Shown here: positions 50,678-62,553 of the stretch, one piece after another | Position numbering within the stretch: position 1 is the first letter of the stretch | How the letters are laid out: every line of letters starts with the position of its first letter | NCBI RefSeq assembly: GCF_964204865.1 | Contig: NC_135256.1 | Coordinates: 2,852,001 to 2,916,000 of the forward strand | DNA length: 64,000 nt | Direction of reading: 5' to 3' | From: Styela clava | Lineage: Eukaryota | Notes under the pieces: generated by a model | What the model was told of the DNA's origin: nothing | What the model saw: only the letters and a program-made list of their open reading frames with translations | The model's database searches: none | Translations under genes and position numbers: made by a program

Positions 50678-51683
50678 TTACAAGGCTGATGGTACCAGTA
50701 ACTGAAGATTTTTGGGTTTTTCCGACCCTTCATTTCTCATGTTTTCATAAATCATATTGCTCTCGTCTTCGGTAGACTGAGGCGAATAATATCTCATGTA
50801 CGAGAATAAAATTCTCGGTAAAACAAAACACAAAATATTCAGAGACATATGAACTGCCAGTACGTTGCCATAGAGACAATGATCTTGGTCGTAGACATGC
50901 ACATTATATGAAATGACTTGAGCGATTAAATTTTCCCCAGTATAAAAGACGGCGAATGAGGCATCAAACTTTACCGGATCGTCAATATTATCAACGGGAG
51001 TTGTCCAACTAAACAGAAGAAAAAAGATTTTTATTGGGAATGATAGAACTTTATCCATCCAATGGCCATCCTCTTTCATGTGATGGCGAATAATATAGAT
51101 ACCAATTAATACATAGTGAATTCCCATAAACAAAGCCGTCTACCATCCCAGATAAAAAGCAAAATAAACGAGAATGAGAATTCGAGCCGCCAGTGCTGCA
51201 GTTTTAATTATGGAAACCAAAATAAAATAAGACAAACTTTTGTTAATCGGATCATCGTCATCAGCTTCTTCAGAAAATCTTTCAAACTTAAAAATAACGT
51301 AGACCGAGGATATGGAAGAGATAGTAGCTGAAACATATAACTCAACATGAATATTTTCTCCACAATAGAAAAGAAAGATTAATCCAAAGCTGCGGAATTG
51401 ATTCGACAGCAATTTCAATGTTCCTGAACGCTGATATATAGAAGTCACTTTCATCAGTGTCAAATTCGTCATTGCACGTTATGTCCCAGATGATACAGAC
51501 AGCCAGTAAGATGAACATGAGACCACCTAAGACAATTGACACGGTTGCCAAAGCTGCAATAGTCACACTCTCTGATTTCCAGTAAATAGTCAATACAAGA
51601 ATGTCGGTTATGAGATCTGCTAGTGCAAGGATAAATGTTGCCAATATATCCACTTTTTTCCAGAAATCGCTCGATAGACACAT
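50678..51683 (-). pseudogene. XK-related protein (XKR-like) copy 2; intronless, with a frameshift and an in-frame TAG
   Basis: DLITDIL, ESIPQL (XK family ES.PQL motif), SATISSIS, AARIL and GENLI. Frameshift at about 51365-51374 and TAG at 51140-51142. Confidence 0.75.
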
Positions 51684-53150
51684 TTTAAACTTAGATTAGA
51701 TCTGATCGTACGAAAAAATACAAAGTCATATAAATATATAAGAGGTTGCGGTCATTGGGGGTAAAACAGTACACGCGACTCATCGATTTTACAATTGCAT
51801 TATATATGTTCATTACCATTGGCACCTAAGCTTTTTGCAACTCGTCTATATCATTCAAATATGCCCACCATGCAGAAAGGAACTGTGTTTCACTATTAAG
51901 AATTGAATACATAAATAAAGCAGTAATATAGGATCAAATGAAACATAGTTATTACATTTTTAGTTAAATCCCAGGAAAATAAAATCCTCTAGTCGATTAA
52001 ACAATTTTTACCCTAATAATGCTATTACTATATGAAGCTATCTTTATACGCAATAAATTTCACGAGTACATATATATATTTATTACGTTTTATGAACCTT
52101 CAGCTTCTAAATTTGCTTTTGAAGTCAACTTGTTATCCGATATACTTTTGCGATTAGCACTTCATAATTCAGTTAGGCCGTGCTTATGCTTGCCTGCTTT
52201 ACATAAAGTTGTGTGAAGGAACTGAAACTTATGGGCACGGATTTCGGACATTTGAGCATTTTTAAATTCTTCCACTACACTAGCCAGCTTTGCCCGTTGT
52301 GAACATGAGTTACCTTTAGTGTTTGGGAACACTGCTCAGCTTTGGCAGTTGGTGACATAAGCTAAATGTCAGTAAGAGCTTTTACTATCATAACAAATAC
52401 AGATGTTAAATTTTTGAGGCAAACAAACATACATACATATTTTTTGAAACTTTTTATTTGAACACAGATAAATAGAAAATCATAGCAAATCGCAATTTCC
52501 CTCAATCATAAGACTCAGTGATGAAGCAAACAATCAACCTAACGGAAATGATGCCTCATGGCTTCTACATAAGTCAAACACAAAATTATTCTCTAAGTAT
52601 CCAAATTCGAGGTTTATTCTGGTATAATTTGGGAGATCAAAAATGTGTGGTGGGGTGCTAACAGCATAATTTCGAAATTATTGTGCGTTGATCAGGTGAA
52701 TATATATAAATAAAAGTTTATTATAGAGTAATATTAATGATTGCTTTAAGCATTGCACGACAAAAAGGGAAAAATACCAGCGATTGCATAATATCATGGT
52801 TACCATGATTAGTTTGTTTTAACATTTCAAAAAATATTGGCAGAGTTGAATTATGAAAGGTATAAGGTTATATCACGAATGGGGAACAATAACTTAACAA
52901 GGAGTAAGATATAATGTATTACTATTCATAATTTAATAAAAAAACTGCTTTAATGCTATTCCAAATCATCCAAACAAGAAATCATTGGAGCGTAACCTGT
53001 TAGAACAATTTTTTAGTATATGACAGCTGCCAATTCTGTCATTTTTCGCTTTATTGTATTTTTGAAATAGGGTGAGATTGAATTGTACCTAAGTAAACTA
53101 GAATAAAAAATATAAACGAAACAGTTTCTCTCCAATAAGGATTAAATACT

Positions 53151-53429
53151 GGGACTAGTATAGTACCACAAGTACTTCCAATGGACGTAGCATAACCAAT
53201 AGTGTTATACCTAACCTCCATCTGACTACGTCATCCAGTAATCACGTCACAAACACATTACAGAGCTTGCCATAGTATAGCTACGATCGCCTGTAACTTT
53301 TGGCGTGACTAAGTACGTCACTGTGACACCGTAGTGACGTTATTTTTCGATGACGTAGTCAGGTGAGGGTTAGGAATGACATATGCAAAAATTGTTGAAG
53401 TACCTCTGGTACTGTACTATACCAGACCC
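53151..53429. mobile_element. Merlin-like MITE related to 139-579
   Basis: GGG...CCC ends, shared CATCTGACTACG/GACGTAGCATAAC motifs, degraded TSD TAAATACT/TAAAACAT. Confidence 0.65.
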
Positions 53430-53439
53430 TAAAACATAA

Positions 53440-53715
53440 TTAGACTGATGAACTTGCTTGCTCGACCGAGGGTAACTGAACATATTTATCCATCTTCAAA
53501 ACCTCATTATTCGTGTTTTCACTTTTATCAGGTTTAAACAAGTCATAACTTATGCTAGGAGAATAGTATTTCAGATACGCGAGTAAAATTCCCATTAGAA
53601 CAAGACCCGCCACATTCAGCGATAAATGGATAGCCAGTACGTTGTCATAGAGACAATATTCATCATCGTAAACATGCACATTGTATGAAAGTACTAGAGC
53701 GATACAAATTTCCAT
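53440..53715 (-). pseudogene. XK-related copy 3, 3' fragment
   Basis: SYNVHVYDDEYCLYDNVLAIHLSLN matches copies 1 and 2; no 5' part is visible. Confidence 0.7.
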
Positions 53716-54164
53716 AGTAAAATTGAGCAGACAGATACAAGTATAGGCTTTGCAATGCAGAGAGATTAAAAATACTCGTATGTGCCAGATTAAACTAAAT
53801 TAAAAACTGGTATAGCGGGCCGAATTTCATTCCAAATTGAAACTTCTTCGCGGGGCACACAATTTTTTCTCGCGGGCCACAGGTCGCACACCCCTGTACT
53901 AAGCTAAGTACTTTGCTGTCTGTATTCATTTACTTCTCGAGTTTATGACTTAAACCGCTTTTGCCTTTTATTAATGAGTAAGCAGCGAAATTGTTGAAGC
54001 CGCCTATTTGAAAAATGTAGGTCAAGTGTTCTGACAAGTAGATTTACCTTGGAGTATTTGCCATGGAGCATGCAACATTGCTAAACCGAAATAAAAGTAA
54101 AAATAGAATTTATATTCGTGATCTAAAAGTTCCCTGAAATGGGTACTTGCTTGTATTTTCGGAT

Positions 54165-55010
54165 ATTGAAGTCGGAACCGGTCATTTTCGACGTTCCAGG
54201 GGTCGAATGGGAGTGAGAAATCCCCCACAATATTCTGACAAAAAAAACGGTAAAATATCTCTGAAATGAGCTACGAGAAGGCATACTTCGTCTATAAGTG
54301 AGATATAGCGTGTTCGAAGCTTGATAAATTAATCCATAAGTGGGAAATTCTCCCAAAATATTTTGACAAAAAAGTTAAAATAGCTATAAATTAGCTACGT
54401 GAAGCCATACTTCGTCCAAAGGTGAGATTTATTGCGCTCCAGATCTGTGTGTACCAATATGGAAATAACTAATTTTGTTCGCCTACTTTACATCAAGTTG
54501 TATAAAGGGATTGAAACCCATGGCAGGGGGTGTTTTCACATGGCTGACACAGGTAGTCCCCGAACACGTAACAAAATCAAAATGAGAATAATTGAAATAA
54601 AATTATGGCCTAACCCTAACCTGGTACATACGCTTTGGGAGTCCCCCAAAACATGTAAACTTTTACGGTTTGTGATCGGTAAAAATATGAATTCCACTCA
54701 ATATTTGTCATCAAGCATGCAACGGCCATCATTGCTAAAGCTTTATAAAAGTCAAAATCAGAGTTATATTTGTGATCGAACAGTATATTTGCTTTAATTT
54801 ATCAGGTATGGAAGTCGGAAGCAGTCCCTATTTCAATCCCCCAAATATTTCAACAAAAAAAGTCGTATTTATAAAATGTGTTAATTTAGATCCGAAGCCT
54901 GATGAATTGGTCCATAAGTAAGTGGGGAATCCCTAAAAACATTTTGACAAAAAAGTTCGGCAAAATATCCATAACATAAACTACGAGAGGCCATACTTCG
55001 TTCATAAGTT
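54165..55010. repeat. Degenerate repeat array of about 120-bp units interrupted by a MITE
   Basis: Recurring TTGACAAAAAA...AGCTACG.GAAG.CATACTTCGT units and two GAAGTCGGAA motifs. Confidence 0.55.
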
Positions 55011-55333
55011 CATGTCGTCAAATGATTAATTAGTAGGGCTGGGCATTTCAAATCGAATATTTGAATAGAACAGTATATTATATCGGTTGAAACGGAAATT
55101 TCGAATCGACGCCGTATTGTATTTTGACATATGACCCTTTTTTTTGTGAGTTATTTATGAAACATGTTTCTTGTTGTGTGTGAACGCTCAGCAAACTTTT
55201 AGAGTGATGAATTCTATGTTTTGAGGAACTTATGTGCTTGGACGACTCATCACAATAAAAAAGTAACATACATTGGAATATAATTTAAATCTTTTAGATT
55301 TTGATTCTGAAAACATCATAGGGTAATTAATTC

Positions 55334-55630
55334 GTGTTCGGAAATTTCGCCGTAGGAAATCTCGCCACAAAAATTTCGCGCATAAAAAATCACCGCAAGA
55401 GCATTTTGCTGTAAATCAATTATTTGTGATAGCATGAAAAAAAGCCGCAAGAGCATTTTGCTGCAAAAGAAGTATTTGTGATATAAACAGTTTCGATTTA
55501 TAGTGTTAGGGTATGCTTTTAAATAACGAATTCTTCTAGGTACTTCTAAAACTGTTTTTATCACAAATACTTTTTTACAGCGAAATGCTCTTGCGGCGAT
55601 TTTGTCTATGCGGCGAATTTTCCTAGAACC
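55334..55630. mobile_element. MITE with internal tandem repeats
   Basis: Inverted GCAAGAGCATTT/AAATGCTCTTGC and ATTTGTGATA/TATCACAAAT arms; AAATTTCGCC repeats. Confidence 0.55.
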
Positions 55631-55633
55631 ATT

Positions 55634-57191
55634 TTAATTAGTAGCATTACGAGCACACATAACTCCGAGAAGAGATACAAATCCAGGTGTCACTTCCATA
55701 TATCTCCAGTTGTTATTCATGTAGCGAGAAACGAACAAAAATATGTTGACTTTATCAGGGCTTGGTACTCTTGGTGCGCCGTTTGGTGGTCAATCGACAA
55801 ATCCTCCATTTGGAGTTACGCTGCCATCCTGAGTGGAAATAAAACATTTATTGGGTAATACATGTAACTAAAATACCAGTGCCCTAAGTCGTATAGAACT
55901 GTGGTTCCCAAAGTTGATTAACCGGGGGTCAAAGGGGAGGAAAGCGCCCGCAAGGAGCCGATACCCTTACCGGTGCGTAGAATGAAAATACCGGTGGTAT
56001 ATAATTGTATAAAATGTTAAACTATTTCAGTTCGACGTGCCCTATTAAATTGTTGTTACGGTCCGCGAACCATTACCTAGCCGATGAGAACTTAGACTTA
56101 CTGCGTCAGCATCACAGATTATACAATTTGGGTTCAAATCCTATGCCCATCTAACTCAGGGTGTAATACGGGTTTTGCAAATAAAAGTAGCTCCTTACAT
56201 AATGCTAGATATCGATGACCACTTGTATAGGACCATGTTCTCATCGAAAAGCGTGTATAAGCGTAAAATATACATGTAACTAAGATACCGCTGTTTAGGG
56301 CAATGTTAGGAGGGTATAGGTGTTTGTGAGTCGTCGAAATGGAACTACAGGTAATGGGAGTTTGAGAAACACTGGTCTGGGATGTAGATTAAAAGTTGAG
56401 AATGCATAGTATTGCCATTAGCGTGTTGAAGGGGCACGTTGGTGCGTCACATCGTAAAACTGAAATAGAAACTTAGCCGTGAATGAAAAAATTTGGAAAA
56501 TGTAAGCGTTACATACCTGTGGGTCTATTTCTGTTCCGATCCAAAAATTCAATACTCGTAAATTTGCTCCCCAGATTGTCATATTCGCTCGGTAGTATTC
56601 AGTAATGTTAACATAGGCATCTCTGTCATAGATGATAGCGATAGTCGCATTGCGATTTATACAAAATGCCTTTGCTTGTCCAAAATCAAATTTATTCGGT
56701 GACACTTAGCATGTGCCGCCGATCACTAAGTCGCAACCTGAAAGATTATTACAGTCGTTCAATGTAAAGTTGTGTAAAATGAGCAAATTTGTTGAGTTCA
56801 TAGTAATATTATATTAAGAAGACCTTGATGTTGATGTTTTCACTTTGTCGAGCATGAATTGTTTGAACATAGCGGTTTTAGACTTATTAGGACCATGTCA
56901 ACTGTCAATATTATGACAAACAGTAATATAACAAAAACGTAAATTTTAGATTAGGAGCCACAATTTCGTACCTGCAGTTTGGTCTTTTGTTGGCAACTCG
57001 GTGGCTTCGGTAGTGGATGACATCATTTCATGTTTCATTGTTGTTACGTCATACTTAGCAACTTCTGTTTTGTGATCGTCATAAATTGTTGTTGATATAG
57101 TGACGCCATAACCAGGATTAGTCACTAAGGCTTCCTCAAGCATTTCAGTCAGCTGTTCTCTTAATTCTGAGAACGATGTAACAGGAATCAT
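55634..57191 (-). pseudogene. C-type lectin-like gene with in-frame stops
   Basis: Exons about 57191-56972, 56737-56517 and 55828-55634 with GT-AG boundaries: GCDLVIGGTC*..AKAFC..FWIG..GVMCA. TAA at 56706-56708 and TGA at 55790-55792. Confidence 0.65.
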
Positions 57192-57970
57192 ATATTAATC
57201 TAATATTGGCTCGCAATTAATTCTTCAATTTGATTTAAAGTAAGTCAGGATTTAAGTAAAGCGTGTGGTGTTAGAGTAGCTTACGTAGTGACGTCCATAA
57301 ATATGTAAATCCTATACTAAAATGAAGGTACATGTCGTTAGTACAATACAACATAGAACCTGTGTTTAAAATTTTGAATTTCATCACTTCAAAAGTTAGG
57401 TTATTGCGCCACCATCTTGCTTACAGTAATCCAACATCAGATAAATATCAGATGTAGCGCATCGTGCAAGGAGTTAGTAATACCCTTGCCACCACACCTC
57501 TGCGTTAGTTTGCGCACCTCTTTAACCTGCGTTAGTTTGATCGTAGGTTCGAATTCCATGCGGGGATAATTGCGCGCGAGAAGATCGCTGGACTTCTTGC
57601 CGCTGTAGCGTGGTTCACGTAACCGCTGGTGGTTGAAGATAAAATAATAAATTTGTGGGCAACTTTGTTTTTATCAATTATAAGTAGAGCAGTTTGAGGG
57701 CCACAAAAATTTGGTTGCGGGCCGCATTTGGCCTCTCAGTTTGCCGACCACAGCTCTAGTATAAAAATTAGACCTTTTTCGTAGTTTGGTGTTGGAGTAG
57801 GAGTCAATTTTTATAACTCGCAACCGGGAGTTGGAACCAGAATTTTATTTAACCCGAAGAATTTTTTCAGTCGATTGTAAATTTACCACTATATCACGGC
57901 CCAGTTCTTTAATTACGACCCCGCTTATGTCCTCGCTAAAACTTCAAACACACATTCCACAGGTATATGT

Positions 57971-58173
57971 GGATCTTTCGTAAAATCCTTAGCCAAAAAA
58001 TAATTAGTAATTATATATCCAGTTAGGATCAGGGTTAGGAACGCATATTGCGCTGGAAATTCAAATCATTCCTAACCCGAACTGCATAATTACTAATTTT
58101 TTTTTAAAACGTGGCTTGGGTGTTATTTCTCAAATCTCATATTTTTGCATTAGTGGCTTTGTACAAAAAATCT
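57971..58173. mobile_element. Merlin-like MITE (second TTAGG-bearing family)
   Basis: GGATCTTTCGTAAAA...TTTGTACAAAAAATCT; homologous to 61575-62052. Confidence 0.55.
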
Positions 58174-58451
58174 GTTTGTGTGACAGATTGACAAATTATA
58201 AATGTGCAGTTGTTGTGAAAATATGTTGGTTAAATCCCAACTTACCGTCTTCGCTTGTAGCCTGTAGAAAAAGAAAAATAGGATTCTTAGCTTGTCACTA
58301 ACATATCCAAAAGAAATCATCAGCACCCTTTTTTCACTCGGGTAAGAGAAATGGGGTGGGCGGGAACAGTTTCGTTCTTTTTTGTCGAGTTTGGTTAGAA
58401 TTTCATAAAAATACAAAATGTGCTAGAGCGGCGACGAGGGTTCAATAAAAA

Positions 58452-58560
58452 TTCAGGTTGGGATTATTAGACAAGAGAGAAATTTTGTACATACTGTAAA
58501 TAAACACTTGGTTAGGATTATTAGACAAGAGAGAAATTTTGTACATACGGTAAATAAACC
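58452..58560. repeat. Tandem duplication of about 54 bp
   Basis: Two copies of GGATTATTAGACAAGAGAGAAATTTTGTACATAC.GTAAATAAAC. Confidence 0.8.
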
Positions 58561-59792
58561 CAAGTGATTTAAGAGTCTTGCTGCACAATAACTCGAATTT
58601 GTGTTAAGCATAGTAATCTTCACTTATGCTACAGCATCCTTGCGTTATATTTACATTTCAATTGAGTTTAACTATAGTTAATAATTTTCCCCATTCTTCA
58701 CGACCGCTATTTTACTCTAATTCTCCTTAGTAAAATTCGACTCACCGCGAATATAAGTGTTTTCTCATATTGCCACGATGTTGAGCCTCCTTCCAGAGAA
58801 TATTTATGTGAATTTCGACTGTGAAGTAAAATCAGCATATCAAATATAATGATAGTCGCATTTGCTTTGGTATAACCCCGTTCGCATTACACGAGAACGC
58901 TACGCTGCACATTTCTTTAAAAATTGATTACTCTTACATATAGCCTTATGCTATGCTAAATCACGAAAAATCGGACAGCAAATTCAAAGGTCATTATGAC
59001 GTAGTTTTCTTCATTATGAGATCATAATTTATGCTATGAATTCACGGCGTAGGGAATGAAATAAGTACTTTTGGCGAAATACTTGTGCACTGATAGTGTA
59101 GTACATGCAGTGTAGTACGTGAATAAATTTTACGATACATCCTGAAATATATAGTGATATTTTAGCAAGAATTTTGAGTAGGCTTCAAAAGCGGGATGCA
59201 TAAAATATGTGATTTACGCAAAAAAATTTCTCGTAACCGTTTTTGGTGGAATTAAATATTCTTAGAACGGGTTCTCTTTTGTGTTGAACTCGCTAAGAAT
59301 AGGTTCCTTCGGATCAAAAAATAAATTTATGTCACTAGGTAAGCTACACATGACGCGCCATACATAAATCAAATACACAACTTTTTAAAAATGTAACATT
59401 AGTTTTCAGCTGCGGCGAACGTTACCTATTTGTTGAAGTCGTCCAACGCAGTGGTACCTTTTTTTGAGTGACCCAATTTTTTTTTCAAATGAATTCTTTG
59501 AATTTCTGAATCTCGTGACCCAAGGACATACTCAAATACTGAACGGCAAGTAGTACTTTTATGGACGCAAAATTGAAGAACTAATATAAACCAATAGTTT
59601 TTACATAACATTTATTCCCCCAGAATCTACCCCAAAGCGAGAATGCACAGCTTGTTGGCCGGCAGCGAATTTTCGAACAGCGAACAGTAGACTTTGCTTA
59701 GCAAAATGAATGCTGCCAAGTTTTTACGAATTGATACCTCCCACATGTACAATTACAACTGAGCAACACCAAATATATATTAAACAATTAAG

Positions 59793-60011
59793 GGTGCTCC
59801 CGAAGTATGCGAACCAAGATGGCGGACATCGGAACGTAACATGGGTAACAGGTTAGGTCATAATTTTCCTTATTTTAGTCCTATTATCAGTTCGAAGACT
59901 AGCCAAGAGCCTCCCGTAGTATTTATACCTAAAATTAAGGCCTAACCCTAACCTAGTATACATATTACATTCCGATGTCCGCCATCTTGGTTCGCATACT
60001 TCGGGAGCCCC
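59793..60011. mobile_element. Merlin-like MITE
   Basis: Nearly identical to 23582-23817; TSD CAATTAAG/CAATTAGG. Confidence 0.8.
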
Positions 60012-61574
60012 CAATTAGGTTTTCATCAAAAAACAAGCGACCAGTTAAAATTCAAGTACTCTCGTAGTATTTGTACCCGGTTAGGGTTAGGCCATAATTT
60101 TATTCTGGTTTTCCTTATCTTAGTTCTATTACGAGTTCGGGGACTGTCAGTGTTATCCACGTGAATATACTCCCTGCCCACATGCTTCCATTCTTTTAGA
60201 CAACTTGTAAAGCAGGCGAACAAAATTAGTTACCTAGTATTAGTTGGTACACATACTTCTGGAGCGCCAAAATTTGCAGGCGACCCATAAGTTAGTTGGA
60301 AAGCACTAGTTTTGCATAAGACCCGGTGTCTGCGCATCGTGCCAATGAGGCTCGAAATCGCGCTTCTGCTTGCCCTGCGTGGGTTCGCATCTCGTGGGGA
60401 AATTATGTGCGAGAGGATTGCTCGACGTGTTAGGGTCTTTCACGCAATCGCTGGTCGGTTACCGTCACGACTTCCTCCACTAGTAAATTCATGCATCTAA
60501 AACCAGTAACTAACAACTCTATATACTTAGACAGCTTCTAACCACTGATTATAGAAGTATTGGATATTCTTGCACAAACAATATTACCCGTGCACACCGA
60601 TTTGACTACTAGTGTCATTTCGGCTATGACTTCCGATCCAAGTTTAAAATTTCGACCCGAGAAGCTCGAATGATACGGCCAAACACTTTAAGTGATTAAA
60701 ACCACAATCCTGGTCTGTATACAAAAAATCCCTCACCTGCATTAACGTCCATATTCCACTGAGATAACACGAAAAACCAAAGAATAATTTTAGAATACAT
60801 ATTGAACAGCAATGTACCTGAACTGCATTCAGAAATAAAACGGCGATGAAACTATGTAACAGCTTTTTATGATATTAAAAAAATAAGTAATTTTTACTTG
60901 AATAGCAATCAGTTCAAATAAACCTGCGTGGAAATATACTACTAGGATCCTTTAGATGAGGTATATTCGATTAAAATAGGCGTCTTCTTATTTATAACAT
61001 GTTTTTCTACATAAGAAATCATTAATTTTCAAGGAAAACATACTAACTTCACTTATATTTTATTACAGCCTAATATTATTGCATTACAATGAGGTTGGCA
61101 GTTTTCATAAGCTATTGTGAATACGAGATCCGGAAATTATAAGTCACAAATCATCACAATGGAAGTATGGAAATTTTTACGATGCGATTTCAATACGTAA
61201 ATTTTGAGTGATGAATATAATGAGTTACAATATATAGTATACCAAGTTTGCTAAAACTTCTTCAAATGCATAATAGTTAGCATTCTGAAGCCACCAATCA
61301 ACGTTTGACGCAACAAATTAGATCACGAGAAAATTTACATTCTTTCTTAGAAATAAGATATTTCCATATTCCTCATATACTGCTTGGCCGCAATCCATTA
61401 CAAGACCATACTTTCGAATGTCTGATATAACGAGGGTTTCTTCTAGTTTTCTACCATCATAGTTTGTCGTATGACACTTCCATATTAGATCTTAGGTGTC
61501 AAAATATGCTGAGTTGAGATGATTTCAAAATCTTCTATTCCGCCTCAAAGTTTATGTATGGTGGAAAAATAAAC

Positions 61575-62052
61575 GAATATTTTGTACAAAGCTCCCGACA
61601 CTAATGTAAAAATGCGAAATTCGAAAAATAATACCCACGCCACGGTTTAAAATAAAAAATTAGTAATTATCCACTTCGGGTTAGGAATCATTCGAAAATT
61701 TGAATTCCCCGCGCAATCTGTAGTCCTTGCCCCTTAACTGAATATCTACTATTTTTTTTATCTGTGACAGTTTTTTTTTTGGTACTCCCGAAGTATCTGA
61801 ACCAAGATGGCGGACACCGGAACGTAGTATGTGTACCAGGTTAGGATTAGGCCATAATTTTTTTCCGATTTTCTTATTTTAGTTATATTACAAGTTCGGG
61901 GATTAGCCAAGTGACTCCGGTTGTATTTGTACCGGAAATTATGGCCCAACCCTAACCTGGTACACATACCACGTTCTGTTGTCCACCATCTTGGTTCACA
62001 TACTTCGGGAGTAGCCTACCTTTTTTTGGCGGGGCTTTTGTACAAAAGATCT
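61575..62052. mobile_element. Merlin-like MITE with nested MITE (61781-62020)
   Basis: TSD AAATAAAC/AAATAAAG; the nested copy belongs to the CAAGATGGCGG family. Confidence 0.7.
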
Positions 62053-62495
62053 AAATAAAGTACTGGTTTGTTCAAAGCGTTTGCACTTTAGACAGCGTTG
62101 ATTCACTGCATCCTCTTGTTTTAAAATCCCACATGGTTTTGTAAATGGAATTATTTTAATGACGCGCGCATCATTGAACTACTTCCGTGATGAATATATC
62201 ATTTCCCGAGCATGGGTCAATCACAAAGCGCGCCTGAAGTGTTCATTACATTTTGCCCGGCCTTGGTAGTATATATTTCATATCTTACGATCTGTATTCT
62301 TTTAAACTTGGTTTGATATGGAATATGCGTGGTTAAAAGTTAATTGATTCTGTTTATACTGTTTGATGGTATCCATGCAAATGATATGACGTATATTCGC
62401 TGAATGACTTTTAATCACACAGGGAAATAACATTGTAATTTGCCCCACTGCAAACTGGTAGTGTCGATTTTAGAGCCACCACGATAGCATCAATA

Positions 62496-62553
62496 ATGTT
62501 TTCTGCTGCGGTGGTATTCCTGTGTGTTTTTGGATTTACTACTGTGACATCGG
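62496..62553 (+). CDS. Probable first coding exon (signal peptide) of a secreted or membrane protein continuing beyond the window
   Basis: MFSAAVVFLCVFGFTTVTS-G|gtaagt, phase 1, preceded by an acceptor-like TTTTAG ending at 62473. Confidence 0.55.
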
